Positions 1-12,075 of a stretch of 64,000 bases of DNA are shown in pieces. The translations under genes were made by a program, and so were the position numbers. Location: positions 558,001 through 622,000 of the forward strand of contig MU057651.1 in NCBI GenBank assembly GCA_013265495.1, written 5' to 3'. This DNA is from Vicugna vicugna (Eukaryota). A model generated the notes under the pieces. The model was not told the DNA's origin. It saw nothing but the letters and a program-made list of their open reading frames with translations, and did no database searches. Numbering within the stretch: position 1 is the stretch's first letter; every line of letters begins with the position of its first letter.

Positions 1-1501
1 ACAGCAGGAAGGGCCTGAGCTCCAGCTCCGTGGAAGCCAGCTGTGTGCCACAAGAGGGAAAAAGTGGAAGAAGCTGCAGTGGGAGACAGAGCCTCGGTCC
101 CCCACCCATCCACACACACCTACACTCACACACGCGCACATAGGCGCGCACGAACTACCGTTCAGGCAGTCAGTGGGCAAGAGGAAGGATGACGAAGGAC
201 CACACCCACTGCCAGGATGAGAGACTCCATCCAGGCAGAGTCTCCACCCCAGCCAGTTCGGGGCCCCTGACTGCAATGTGAAACCTCCTGCTGCTGCTAG
301 GTTGACAAGCTCGTTGTCCTGTGCCTCCTAATATCATTGGTACTGAAGACCCCATCTGGGGGCTTGAGACTTTGGGTCCCACCCCAGACCCCTCAGGCTT
401 TTTCTCTCAGTTGGGAAGCTTCGCTCCCTGGGGGTGTTTGTTTGCCCTCTTGTTTCTTTCAGTACTTCTACGGTATTTCCTCTAGAGTCAGTCATTCTAG
501 AATGCCCTTCCCGCCATCTCCTCCATCAACATTCTACCCCTCCTTCAAGGCCCAGCATAAATACCACCTCCTCCGTGAAGCCTTTCCCCAACCCCCCCGA
601 CCCCTCACCTCCTACAATATTTCCACGCTTCTGCAATGATGAATAAAATAACCTAGCTGTAGTACGTAGTCTAGTCCAGCACGCGATCATTTAAAAAATT
701 ATTTCATAGGGTTTTTTTGCTCGCTCCTTTCTTAACCATGTTTTTCAGTCTGTGTAACCTCTGCGGTGCCTTCACCACACTGCCTTACATAATCCAAACC
801 ACAATAAAGTTCACATTTAATAACTTGACCAGTCTTGATTTGATTCGATGGCACAGGAGAGATGGCAAGAGTGGCCATCTGCTGAAACTTGTTTCGGAGC
901 GGTTAGAGGTTGGGGTGAGGGTGGGGGCAAAGCTTCCTGTGACTGAAGGAGGCAAGACTACCCAAGACTGATGGAGTCAGAGGCCTAGGCTGTGTTCTCA
1001 CTGTGTAGTCCTTCATCCAGGTGGGGACAGGGTTGATAGAATGGAGAAGGGGCCCTTCTCTATGCCATATTTCGGGATATTTGGATGGTATTTGGGGCTA
1101 CCTGATTTTGAAACCCCTCTGAGATTGGACTCCAGGCCAAAGTCACAGCAGACAGATCTTTCAAGAGCGGGCCTCCCAACGGAAGAAGATATCAACTCCT
1201 CCCTCCTGGCATATGCCTTAGAGCCGAATGAATGCAAAGGTTTCACTCACTTGCTTCCACACTCTATCTGCCATCGGCCCATTTTAGGGTAGGCTTTGGG
1301 TGAAACTCCTCTCTTTTGTCCTTGAGTTCTGCCTCTTTGGCAGGAAAGGATGCTCAGGCAGGGGAGGGGTCTCCAAGAATAGAAGAATGGTCCTCAAGCA
1401 CAGCCCTCATTCCCTGTCCCTGAAACACCAACCCAGAACCTGCTGTCTTAAGCATAGATGTGGTAGAGCTTTGTCAGAAATGAAGTGTCCGATACAGATA
1501 A

Positions 1502-1535
1502 TGTAATAGTTCTGTATGGTCACCAGATGGCACTA
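1502..1535 (+). promoter_or_regulatory. Candidate CTCF site (core plus upstream module)
   Basis: TGGTCACCAGATGGCACTA (1517-1535) vs consensus TGGCCACCAGGGGGCGCTA; TGTAATA upstream resembles the ZF9-11 TGCAGT/TGCAAT module. Confidence 0.6.
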
Positions 1536-1624
1536 TGATATTACCATTAAGCTCAAAGGTGCTACCATCTTTTAAGGATGAGAAATTTTTTCCCTGAATA
1601 AAAAGGTAGAAAAGAAAAAGAACT

Positions 1625-1860
1625 AACAGCTTTTGATTGTCTGCCGTGTGTCAGACTCCATTCTCAGTGATTTATATACATGATCTCATTTTCATTCACA
1701 TAACGACCATATGAAGTGTTGTCATTATCCGTGTTTTTCAAAGATAAGGAAATGAAGGAACAGAGAAGATAAATAACTTGCTCAAGGTGGTTTATAATTA
1801 TATGACCATTAGGCAGATAATCACGTCTATTTGACTCCTAAACCTTGACCTTTTCCATGG
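1625..1860 (-). mobile_element. MIR SINE
   Basis: Core aaagataaggaaatgaaggaacagagaagataaataacttgctcaagg. Confidence 0.7.
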
Positions 1861-2094
1861 AAATATGCTGTCCCCCAGAAAGTGGTGACATCTTTACATC
1901 TGTATTACCAGCCGTGTAGTCACAATACTGTACCAAGAACTGTGCAAGTAGCACACACCAAATGTTTCTCTTAGAATCTTTACTTCTCTAACTTACATCT
2001 GCGCCCATACCTATGGCCACACACATGCAATGTGTGGTAGACTTGGTCTTCCCGAAAGGAATCCTGGGCACTAATACGACTCAATATGTATTTG

Positions 2095-2410
2095 ATAACA
2101 ACATAAGTGAATCTCAAAATAATTATGCTGAGTGAAAGAAGCCAGACAAAAAGGGTACATCCTGCCTGGTTCTACTTATATAAAATCTGGAAAATGCAAA
2201 CTACTCCACAGTGACATAAAACTCCTCCTTGATTGCCTGGGCAGGTGGGGAGGGGAGAGAAGAAAGGAATCCAAAGTGACCTGGGGAAAGTTTCGGGAGT
2301 GATGATTTGTTTCATTATTTTGGAACTACTGTGTTTCTTAATTGTCATGTTGGTTACACGACTGTCTGTATTTCTCAGAACTCAACTGAATATTACTATA
2401 AATACATGTT
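2095..2410 (+). mobile_element. Old L1 (L1M-type) 3' end fragment
   Basis: gaatctcaaaataattatgctgagtgaaagaagccagac... is typical L1M 3' UTR; boundaries are approximate. Confidence 0.7.
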
Positions 2411-2419
2411 TAAGAAGTG

Positions 2420-3200
2420 AAGCCTTATAACCACTTTACCATCCCCCACTAATCTTTTAAAGTTTCATAGGTACTATATCTAAATACATTAAAGATTTCT
2501 CCAGACAATATTATAATTTTCGCTTTCAACAGTCACACGCATTTTAAAGAAGTTCAGGGGAGGAAAGTAGTATTTTATATTTACTATCTATTTTACTTCT
2601 TTATTCCTGAAGTTCCAAGATTCTCTTTGATATCACTCATATACACTCTGAAGACTTTACAGCTGTTGATGAATTCTTGGTATTTCATCTGAGAATATCT
2701 TTATTTAGTCTTCATTCCAGAAGAAAATATTTTTCTGGATATAGAATTCAGATTTCGCAGGTCTTTCCTTTCAGCCACTTAAAGACACTGTTCCTTTGTC
2801 TTCTGCCCTGTATGGTTTCTGATGAGAAATCCACAGTATATCAAATTACAAATATATATTATGTGTCATTTTGCTTTAATTGCTTTCAAGATTTTTCTTT
2901 ATCCTCAGTGTTCAGCATTTTTATTATCTGTGTAAGAGTGATTTTCTTTATGTTCATACAGTTTGGAGTTCACTGAGTTCTTGAATATGTAAATATATGT
3001 TTTGATCACATTGGGGGAAGTTTTCAGCAATTATTTATTTAAGAATTACTTTTGGCTCCAACACCCTTTTCTGTTCTCTCTGGACCTTTAGTGACATGAA
3101 TATGAAACTTTTTGATATTGTTCCAGAGACCTTGGATCTTGGATCTTCAATTTTTTTTCCATTTTTTAGTTGGTATAATTTTTATGTTTTGATTTTAAAA
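2420..3200 (-). mobile_element. Old L1M internal fragment
   Basis: T-rich antisense L1 text (tttctgatgagaaatccac...tttcaagatttttctttatc); boundaries are approximate. Confidence 0.65.
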
Positions 3201-3679
3201 ATCTCCATAGGGTGAATTACTTGATAGAAATAAACACAGAGAACTGTTAGACATCAAGGAGGTACACCTAATCCCAGGGGTCAGGGAAAGCTTTCTGGAA
3301 GAGGTGATGTTTAAGCTGAATCCTGATGAATACAATTGGCCAAATGAAGAGGGGAGGGACCATCAGTTACAGGCAGCGAGAATGATGTGCGCAAGTGCAG
3401 GGACTTGCAAGGGAGCGTGGAATGTTTGGAGAAAAACAATTAGTTACAGCTGAAACATATGGTGCCAATGTGGGAATGATGAAAGATGACGTTCAAGGAG
3501 TAAACGGAACGAATCATGAGAAGGCTTATATTTCAGGATCAGGATTTTTGACTTAATCAATCCTGAAGACAATTGGGAAACAGAATTTTTTTGAATGTGG
3601 AAGGAGTTTCTTTTTCTCCTTTTTGCTTTCCTGAATTTTCTCATATTTCTATATTGGACATATATCAATTTTATATTAT

Positions 3680-4572
3680 AACTGCTTTAGTAAAAATGTA
3701 ACTCACATATCATATAACTCACCAATTTAAAGTGTACAATTCAATGGCTTTAGATATATTTAGAGTTGAGCAGCCATCACCACAATCAATTTTAGAACAA
3801 TTTCATCATTTCCAAAAAGAAACCTGTACTTTCCACTTCCTCCTAAATCCCTTCTCCTCCACCTTAGGAAACCTCTACCTTCTGTGTCTATGAATTTGTC
3901 TATTCTGGACATTTCCTATAAATGGAATCATGTAAACTGTGGCTTTTTGTGTTTGGCTTCTTTTAATTAGCAGAATATTTTCAAGGTTCATCTGTGCTGT
4001 AGCATGGATCAGTACTTCATTTCTTTTTATTTCCAGATAATATTCCATTGTATACACATACTACATTTTATTTATTCATTCGTGAGTTGATGGAAACTTG
4101 GGTTGCTTCCCCTTTTGGCTATCATGAATAATGCTGCTTTGAACATATTTATGTACACATTTTTGTGGGGACATAGATTTTCAGTTCTCTTGGGTATGTG
4201 ACTACATTGGAGTGGAATTGCTGGGTCACATGGTAACTCTATGCTTAACTGTTTGAGTAATTGACAGATTGCTTTCCAAAGCAGCTGCATTATTTTGCAT
4301 TCCCACCAGCAGTGTATAAGGGTTCTAATTTCTCCACATCTTTGCCAATACTTGTTGTTATCTGCCTTCTTAATTATTCCCATCTTAGTGGATGTGAAGT
4401 AGATATCTCATTGTGGTTTTGATTTGCGTTTCTCTGATGGATAATAATGATGAGCATCTTTTTATTTGCTTATTGAATATTTGTACATCTTTTTTTTGAA
4501 AAATGTCTGTTCAAATCCTTTCCTCATTTTAAATTGGTTTATTTGTCTTTTTATTATTCAGTTGTCGGTGCT
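3680..4572 (-). mobile_element. L1MB-like 5'-truncated LINE-1 (end of ORF2 plus 3' UTR)
   Basis: ORFs 4072..4383 and 3875..4057 are degraded L1 ORF2 C-terminus (CWWECK, ELPCDPAIPL, YTMEYY). Confidence 0.9.
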
Positions 4573-4864
4573 CCTACAACTAAAGAATACCTGGATGTAG
4601 GTAGTACATCCAGTGGAGGGTCTTGTAAGTCATTTAAGGACTTCGTCTTTACTCTGAGAGGAGTATGTAACCATTGGATAGTTGATTTATGTTGAATGCC
4701 CTGTTGAGAATATAGTTAGGCAGGCAAGGATAGGAGCAAGGAGATCAGTTAAGGGACTATTGCAACAATCCAAGCAAAAGATGAAGATTCCTTGGATCAG
4801 ACGGGTTGCAGTAAAGGTGATCATGTTTTATATATACACACATTCACACACACACAGTAATATA

Positions 4865-5350
4865 CAGATGGTACCTGACTTAACAATGTTTCGCTGTCAA
4901 TTTTTCGACTTCACGATGGTGCAAAAGCAATATGCATTCAATAGAAATCATACTTTGAATTTTGAATTTTGATCTCTCTCTGGGCTAGTGATGTGTAATA
5001 CGATACTCTCTGGTGATGCTGGGCAGTGCTCTCAGTCAGCCAGGCAATCATGAGGGGAAACAACAGACACACTGACAACCATTCTGTACCCAGACAGCCA
5101 TTCAGTTTTTCACTTTTAATGCAACACTTTATTATAAAATGCACTTTGTGTTAGATGACTTTGCCCCACTGTAGGCTCACATAAGTGTTGTGAGCATGTT
5201 TAAGGTAGACCAGTCTAAGCTATGATGGAGGTTATGTGTATTAAGATACGACGTAGGTTAGGTGTATTAAATGCATGTTCAACTCAAAATATTTTCAAGT
5301 TACAATTGGTTTATTGGGACATAACCCCATCATAAATGGAGGAAGATCTG
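4865..5350 (-). mobile_element. MER47/Tigger5-family Tc1/mariner non-autonomous DNA transposon
   Basis: Imperfect TIRs cagatggtacctgactta... and ...taaatggaggaagatctg, with TA at 4863-4864; the internal sequence matches my recollection of MER47. Confidence 0.8.
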
Positions 5351-6695
5351 TCTTTCTTTTTAATCAGTTTTACTGAGGTTTACTTTAAACATAATAAGAT
5401 TACCTGACTTTAATTGTATGATTCAGTTATGGGTCAACTATGTCTTCTATGGAGGCTGTAATGCTTCCTGCTAAAATAAATTGAAATAGCTAGATTTTCC
5501 CCAAGAGCTGTGTCTCATGGTTTTAAGAGTATTACACAATGGCTTTGGCAATATAAGAAGGGAAAGATTTGCTAACTATTGAAGAACTAGTTATTTCAGC
5601 CAAAGATAGATGAGGACTTGAAATACAAATGTGAGACCCGGGCTTGCCTTGAGCAGCACAAGTTTTCACCAATCCAGAGCACATAACTGGTTGCTATCCC
5701 CAGATGGAAGCCACCAGTGTTAGCAAAGATTTCTTGCTTTTGGATGTAGATGGGGGAAAAAATGGGGTGCATACTCACACTGTCTACACACTTCACTAAC
5801 TAGGACCCTTGTAGTCCAGTTCTACACAGGACCAGATCTCTAAAAATGGCTACTGTATTATAGAAGAGGAAACACTTCCCTGCATTTGGATTGCCAGCCA
5901 AAACTCATTCAGCGCAGTGGCTACTATTGAAGATATTCCATTTGGCCAGGATATTTTAAAAGGCTAATAAGAATAATAATAGCTACCATTTATTGAGTAC
6001 CTACTATGTGACTGGATGAGCATCTTGATATGTGAACTTTTTCATTCTTCACAACCCCATAATTCATAGGTATCCTCTTTTTATAATGGAAACTAACACT
6101 TCGATAAGAAAGTAAAATGCAGTTCTAGCTCTCAAATCTAAACTCTTAAACCCATATCAGCCTAAGAGTAACCCACAATTTAAGAGCTTCCAGTGAGTTG
6201 ACAGCACACGATCGAATCTAGTTGAGGCAAGAGCAAACGAGGTGGTGGGAGCCAGAACAGAGCATTTTTGGTGCTGGGTTGCTATTCTACTAGGAATGAT
6301 GATTTTACCCTCATGATTTTATTTTTGGTGGGAAACTCCACTACCCAGAGACTTCTATGGGGAAAGAAGTGGAGGGTATGGACATTTATGAAGCTGATAT
6401 AGTATATAGCTAGACTAAAGTAGAAACTACTAGAAACATACAGATTGCCGCCCCCCTCCCAGGCATTTTGCAGCAACCCTGAGTGGAAGAAGCATGCGTG
6501 CAATGTTGGAATACGATGACGAGCTGCATGCAGGGGTGCTGAGCCATGCTGAGGAATCGGAGGCCTCCCTGGGGAGCCCAAAATGATTGCCTTGTCTATG
6601 GGCAGGGAGAAAAATGGAGTGAACCTATTGCAGTAGACCACAGTGTATACTCCAGCCAGTAGGTAATTAAGGGAATGCCACTGGGCCACCAGTCA

Positions 6696-8120
6696 TATGC
6701 TGGCCAGCCAAGGAAGTGCCCCTCCAGGCAGGGTTCATTTCTTTACTTCTTAAACACTTAAGAGTCTGAGGAGCCAAACTTGTACTTGTCCTGGCTCCTG
6801 AGGCTGTAGGTGGTGTCGCCAGATACCATAACAATGATGGGGAACAACATGATTGGAAATGATTCATTACCGTGTGTGTAGGTGAGGGGTGAGGAGCCTC
6901 CTTCAGGTGTGATACCAAGATGGGGAAAGGAAAGTTAGTAGAAAACCTGAAGACCTGAGAAATGAGGCAAACTGAAGTGGGTATGGGCACCTTATGGATC
7001 ATTAAACCCGTGGCCATGTGCTGAGCCTCACATTTCCCATCAGAGGAGCAGTGGCTCCCAGAAGGTCATAGAGAGTGCAAAGGCCCTGCACACCCGACAT
7101 TGACTCCTTTATAGTACAGATGTTAGCATAGGTGATGTCAAGGCTTTGACTTCTTTAATAATCTATAAAATGCTATGATTGATACATCATTTGAAGGAGG
7201 GCCTAAGGTAGGTGTTAATAACCATCAAAATGATACAGATAAGTTAGAAACAATCATAAGTGTGTACCGTGGAGCTAAATAAAAAGGTTTTCATTGATTC
7301 TGGAACTAATGTTTTTGATCCTCTTATGAGCACTAATGACAGGGAAATGCTCTAGATGACAGATAGTTATCCTGGTACCACAGGCTACTCTGGTGTTAAT
7401 ACGCATGTCTGTGTCATTGATAAACACATCATTCTAAGTGGCATCCACGTAACTCTGTCATAGGAGAGATAACTTCAACAGAATTGAGAAATTCACAAAT
7501 GCAGCTTCTTATGAGAAACTCTTGAGATGGTGGGCAATAAAACCTTCGTTGTTTGGGCTTTGATAATATGGGCCTGCCCACAATGTGGTATCTGCATCAT
7601 TTTGATGGTAGATGTGTTGGTGTTGATGAGATTGATGGTAACATATGGAATCCAGAAAGTATTTATTCAAAGGACTTAGAAGACTCTAAACTGCAAACTG
7701 GGACAATATTGTCTTTTCCACAGTCAAGTCTTATGATAGAAGTATCCTGAAAGCAGATGATGATGACACAGGCACTTGTGCTTTAGGTGAAAAACAGCTT
7801 CCCAAACACAATGCACCACAAATTAGAAAAATCATTGCTGAAAGTGGCAAAGGAGCAATAAGACCAGAGATTAAGATCTTCCTGGAGGGGAATGAACAGC
7901 TTAGTTTGGTAATCCCTGCTCTCTACTTGAATGCTACAGGAGTAACTTTATCTCATTCAAGTGTGATTAAAATTGTTTTGAAATTATGTCACACATCCAT
8001 TTAACTATGAAGGGGATTTTAACTACCACTTGCTAATGTCTGTTCAAAAGAGTATAGAAAGAAAATGTGGAAAGCATGGTGGGGCTCTTAATCTGCGCCT
8101 CTCAGGACACATCAAGAGGT
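6696..8120 (+). pseudogene. Processed pseudogene (retrocopy) of glutamate dehydrogenase 1 (GLUD1)
   Basis: Collinear, intronless peptide matches to GLUD1 as recalled. 7110-7169 YSTDVSIGDVKALTSLIIYK vs [20 protein letters not shown]. 7266-7448 TVELNKKVFIDSGTNVFDPLMSTNDREML*MTDSYPGTTGYSGVNTHVCVIDKHIILSGIH vs [61 protein letters not shown]. ORF 7553-7750 GFDNMGLPTMWYLHHFDGRC... vs [20 protein letters not shown]. 8006-8083 [26 protein letters not shown] vs [26 protein letters not shown]. Stops (e.g. TAG 7353-7355) and frameshifts are present. The 5' boundary is uncertain; homology is clear from ~6930. Confidence 0.93.
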
Positions 8121-10621
8121 TTATTCTGTAGTATAACATTTTCGGAACATAACATCCTCATCCTGTATTTTAAAGCACGGCAATTCAGTTTTACTTGTAG
8201 AATTTAAGTTGTTTCTCACTATGAATTTTATTCTCGTGTGACACCGTTGGCTGAGGGGTCTATCAATCCATGTCCACAAGGAAGAACTCATAAGTAATTA
8301 TATTTGTGCTCCTGGCTTCCCCAGGGAGGCCTCAGAAGTGCCTGAAGAGAAAGTGGGAAGTCTTACTGAGATGGACAAGACTAGTGAACTAAGTGGAATT
8401 AAGTTAGGGAGGAACTTCTTGATACCAAGGTAATTAGTAGTTGATGGTGGAAGTGGACTGGGGCATGATCTCCAATCTGCAGTCTACCTCTTTGCTGTGA
8501 CCTCTGATATATCATGTAGTTTGTGGCTTTTCTTGTTAGAAATTTTATTGAGATAATTACAGATCCACATGGAGTTGTAAGAACTAATACAGAGAGATCC
8601 CTGTGAGTCTTTACCCATTTTCCCCCAATGGTAACAGAGTCTGTTGCTTCGTACTTTGTGGGAATGTATACCTCTAGGAAACAGGATGAGGGTACTCTAG
8701 TGAAAACACTGAAGTACATGTAGAATGGAGCCAAACTGCCAATTTCCTTTTTATTCCAAGGAGGGCTGCTTGGGAGAAAATGGAGACTTTATAAAGTAAT
8801 GGCTACAGCTGACTCTGCAGATTAACTTCTGTGGAAGGTGGTGGGCCTGAAAGGGGCGGGGCTATGCACAGGTTGACCTGAGGAGCCCCAGGAAGGGAGA
8901 GGAGAAAACGAAGACCATTCTTGTTCCTTGCTTCAGTGAAGTGCCACCAAGAACCACCAAAATGGGTCCAAAGACGTAACAGAATTGGTTGGTTTCATGG
9001 GAAGGGTTCTTGTTGTCAGGTATGGAAAAACAAGCAAGTAAAAAGTACCCTACTAGGAAACAAGTGGATGAGTCACCCCAGAGGCTACTGGTGCCGGGGA
9101 CTGGTGTGGCTTTTGAAGATATAGATAAGTAGGGTGGCACAGCAGCCAAGGGAAGGTGGCATTGGTACAGGATTAGCAGAAGGCAATGACAGCAGGGGCG
9201 CTCGACGCAGGTATGTGGAAAGCCACCAGATGCCACCCAAGTGTCTGGAGGCCAGGGCGCCATGGGCTGTAGAGAACAACCAGGGTGGGTGAGGCACCTC
9301 AGGTGTCACCCCTCCCCACTTGAGGAGGAGGGTTGGGGACTTAGATGAGGCTAGAGTTCTAGCAGCTGAACTAGTAGGGCTGAGCTGTGCAGTGAGACGT
9401 TTATCATTGTTTGGGACACTGTTCCTCTGAGTTATGACAAATAGAAATGTCTTTGAAATTTTATTTTCTGATGGAAGATACTACTAATTTGCTAACACAT
9501 AAAAAAGTATTTCTATTTAATTTAACAGGGATAGAAAAATAGTGGGAGGAAACCTGTCAGTCAAAGTTAGGATATGAGGCTGCTAGTGGGAGAGGTAACC
9601 TCATAATTCCTACACGTGGGCAGTAGAGAAGTTGGCTGAAGGCTAATTACTTGGGATTCTCATTTAAATGACCATTCCGATGTGCAGACATGTCTCTTTT
9701 GCTTTGAACATGGAGAGATTCAATGAGGGGAATAAAGCTTGCATGTAAATCCGGTGAACTAAAAAAAAAACACCCAATAGCATTTGGTAAGATACATAAT
9801 CTTTTGAAGGGAATACAGTACCACTGGGTATCCACTTACACAAAGGTATGAAATTATGTACACATGCTCCAGAAGGAAGGCTATGCCCATTGTACAAGCA
9901 GTACTAGGGGAACAAACCTCTAGTTTGCTAAATCTCTGGTGTTTTTACCTTAGGTCTTGAGGACTCAAAAGAGTGTCTGACAAACCCGATTCCAGTACAT
10001 GCATCGAGCAGTTTTCAATGAACTTTTCTGTCATTTAGTCACACTTGAAGGTGGTTTTTAAAAGAAAAGTTATCTTTATCAGAAACGTCCACAGTGCCCA
10101 ACATATAACATGAGCTCAATAAATCCTTTTGGAATGAAAGAATGAATGAATGAATGAATGAGTGTTCTCAGTAAAGTAGGTTTGGAATCTCTCCTGTGAC
10201 CTGTGGCCCTTGACACCAGGTATAAGACAAAAGCTAAGCATTACACAGATGGCTTTACTCCAGAATTTTCCTAGCAGAAGGATGAGCAAACACAAATTAT
10301 TTATCACATATGGTTTCTTTGGGCAGATTTCCTTCATGACCTCTTGGATCTGCCAGGCTTTTGCCCTGCATCGAGTATACACAATCGTCTCTCTGAGCTA
10401 TTCCATGTAAAAACCAGATGGTGACTCTGGGTCTGAGTTGTTTAGTGGTGGGGTCTGCAGGACATTGCCTGTATTGCTTACAAGGCCAGACACTTCCCTG
10501 CATCGATACTTGGGAGAGAATGCTACTCTCCAACCTGTGAAGCAGGTAAATGTCTGATGCCAAGCGGGTAGCTGGAAAGGTGACAGAAGAGAGAAGCACT
10601 AGCTCATTGATGTTTGTCATT

Positions 10622-10627
10622 TTTATT
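10622..10627 (-). terminator. Distal polyadenylation signal AATAAA
   Basis: AATAAA followed by CA 13-14 nt later (10609-10608) and a GU/U-rich downstream element GTGCTTCTCTCTTCTGTC. Confidence 0.7.
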
Positions 10628-11899
10628 TGCAATACTTTAGGTCCAAGTTTCAAACTGCAATATTTTTACACTCAAGACACAGTCATGCACAATCCATATT
10701 TCAATTTTCTATTGCTTCAACCACAATTTAAAATAACAGTATTGGAAACAAAAGTCCTCAAAAAGATCGAATGCTGAGGTCAGAAGGATGGAACCATACC
10801 ATCAGCAGGTCCACAAAAGAAATAACTTACTGAAAAAAATCAAACAAACAAAAAGACCATAAATACCTTTAATCCAAAGTTACAGAAGAATTTCACTACA
10901 CATGGGTTTACAGATAACACATTTCAACAAAAGTAATGCACAGCCAAATGAGATACAATTCTGATAAACAATGAAATGTAGATCCTCCTCAACTGGTTTT
11001 GTCCGGCTATTATGAGTATAATCCCAGTACACATCACTACCCTGTGACCTGTCTCCTCCTTGCTGATGTACTGAGATTTAAAATTCAACCCACTAATGGT
11101 TATAGAGTTCCATGAAAGATGTCATCATCACTAATGACTATAGTATATGCGGGTCCATAAAGCACACCACACACAAGCACACACACTGAACCGGAATTTC
11201 ACACTCAAGGCTGGTTGGCATTGCTGTAGGCAGGGCATTGGGACTGTCCACTGACTATCGGTTTATCCTCTTCCCAGTAGCATACTCATCCAACTGGCCC
11301 ATCCCTCAGGGAGTTGTCATCAGAAATGCTATCTTTGGTTCCCAACAAGTAGATATGTCAACACTCCTTAATGCTAATAGCATGTAATCACCTTTCCCTT
11401 TTTCTCTCTGCAATCTGCAAGTGCTCAGGCCCACTCAGTAGTCCCAGTCATTAAAATGCATGGGTTCTGCCATCTTGTGCCATTTAAGAAGTAAACTCTA
11501 GAAAGCCCAACACCGCTTCAGAGGAACGGAGAGGCCCAAGTACAGTTCTACTCTAGCAAGTGTGACAGTGTATCTCTGTTCTAGTAGCAAATACTGGCCA
11601 CAGCTTAATGAAACCCAGACTTTACATACAGACTGTATGGAAGATGAAAATGGGAACACTCAACAGAAAAAGGACGTTAAAACAACAACAAAACAACTGT
11701 GAAAAAACTGGAAGGCTGCCACAAGTTTTATCAACATTCCCTAGTATTATTAACTTCATGTACTTGAGGGTTTTTTTTTTTGGCATTATTGTACCTAGTT
11801 CTATTGTTTAACTGCAACATAAGAGACCCAGGCTTAAGCAGGTGATATTTGCCATCACGTTAGCAGGTTGAATTTGCAAGGCAACCTATAGTACCACAG

Positions 11900-12075
11900 A
11901 ATGTTAGAGCCTTTGGAAAGGCCTTACAGAACCAGTCCAAGAGCCTTATTTTCTAGATGAGGATATGGCCACAAAATAGTTAAGTGACTTGCCCAAGGTC
12001 ACCCAGTAAGTTAGTGATAGATCCTATATTGGAATCCAAGTATCCTTACTTCCGGGCTAGTACTTCTTCCACTGC
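11900..12075 (-). mobile_element. MIR SINE within the PAK3 3' UTR
   Basis: Core agatgaggatatggcc...ttaagtgacttgcccaaggtcacccagtaagttagt. Confidence 0.7.

Noticed and set aside
1..1500. Possible exons of the downstream neighbour gene (CAPN6 in human) or a CpG island at the left edge
   Set aside because: No calpain-like translation was found; the CpGs are confined to a short (CA/CG) low-complexity stretch near 110-155.
3875..4383. ORFs with L1 ORF2 similarity as an active element
   Set aside because: The copy is 5'-truncated, frameshifted and old.
6696..8120. Calling the retrocopy GLUD2 or a functional gene
   Set aside because: It has multiple stops and frameshifts; GLUD2 is hominoid-specific and nearly identical to GLUD1.
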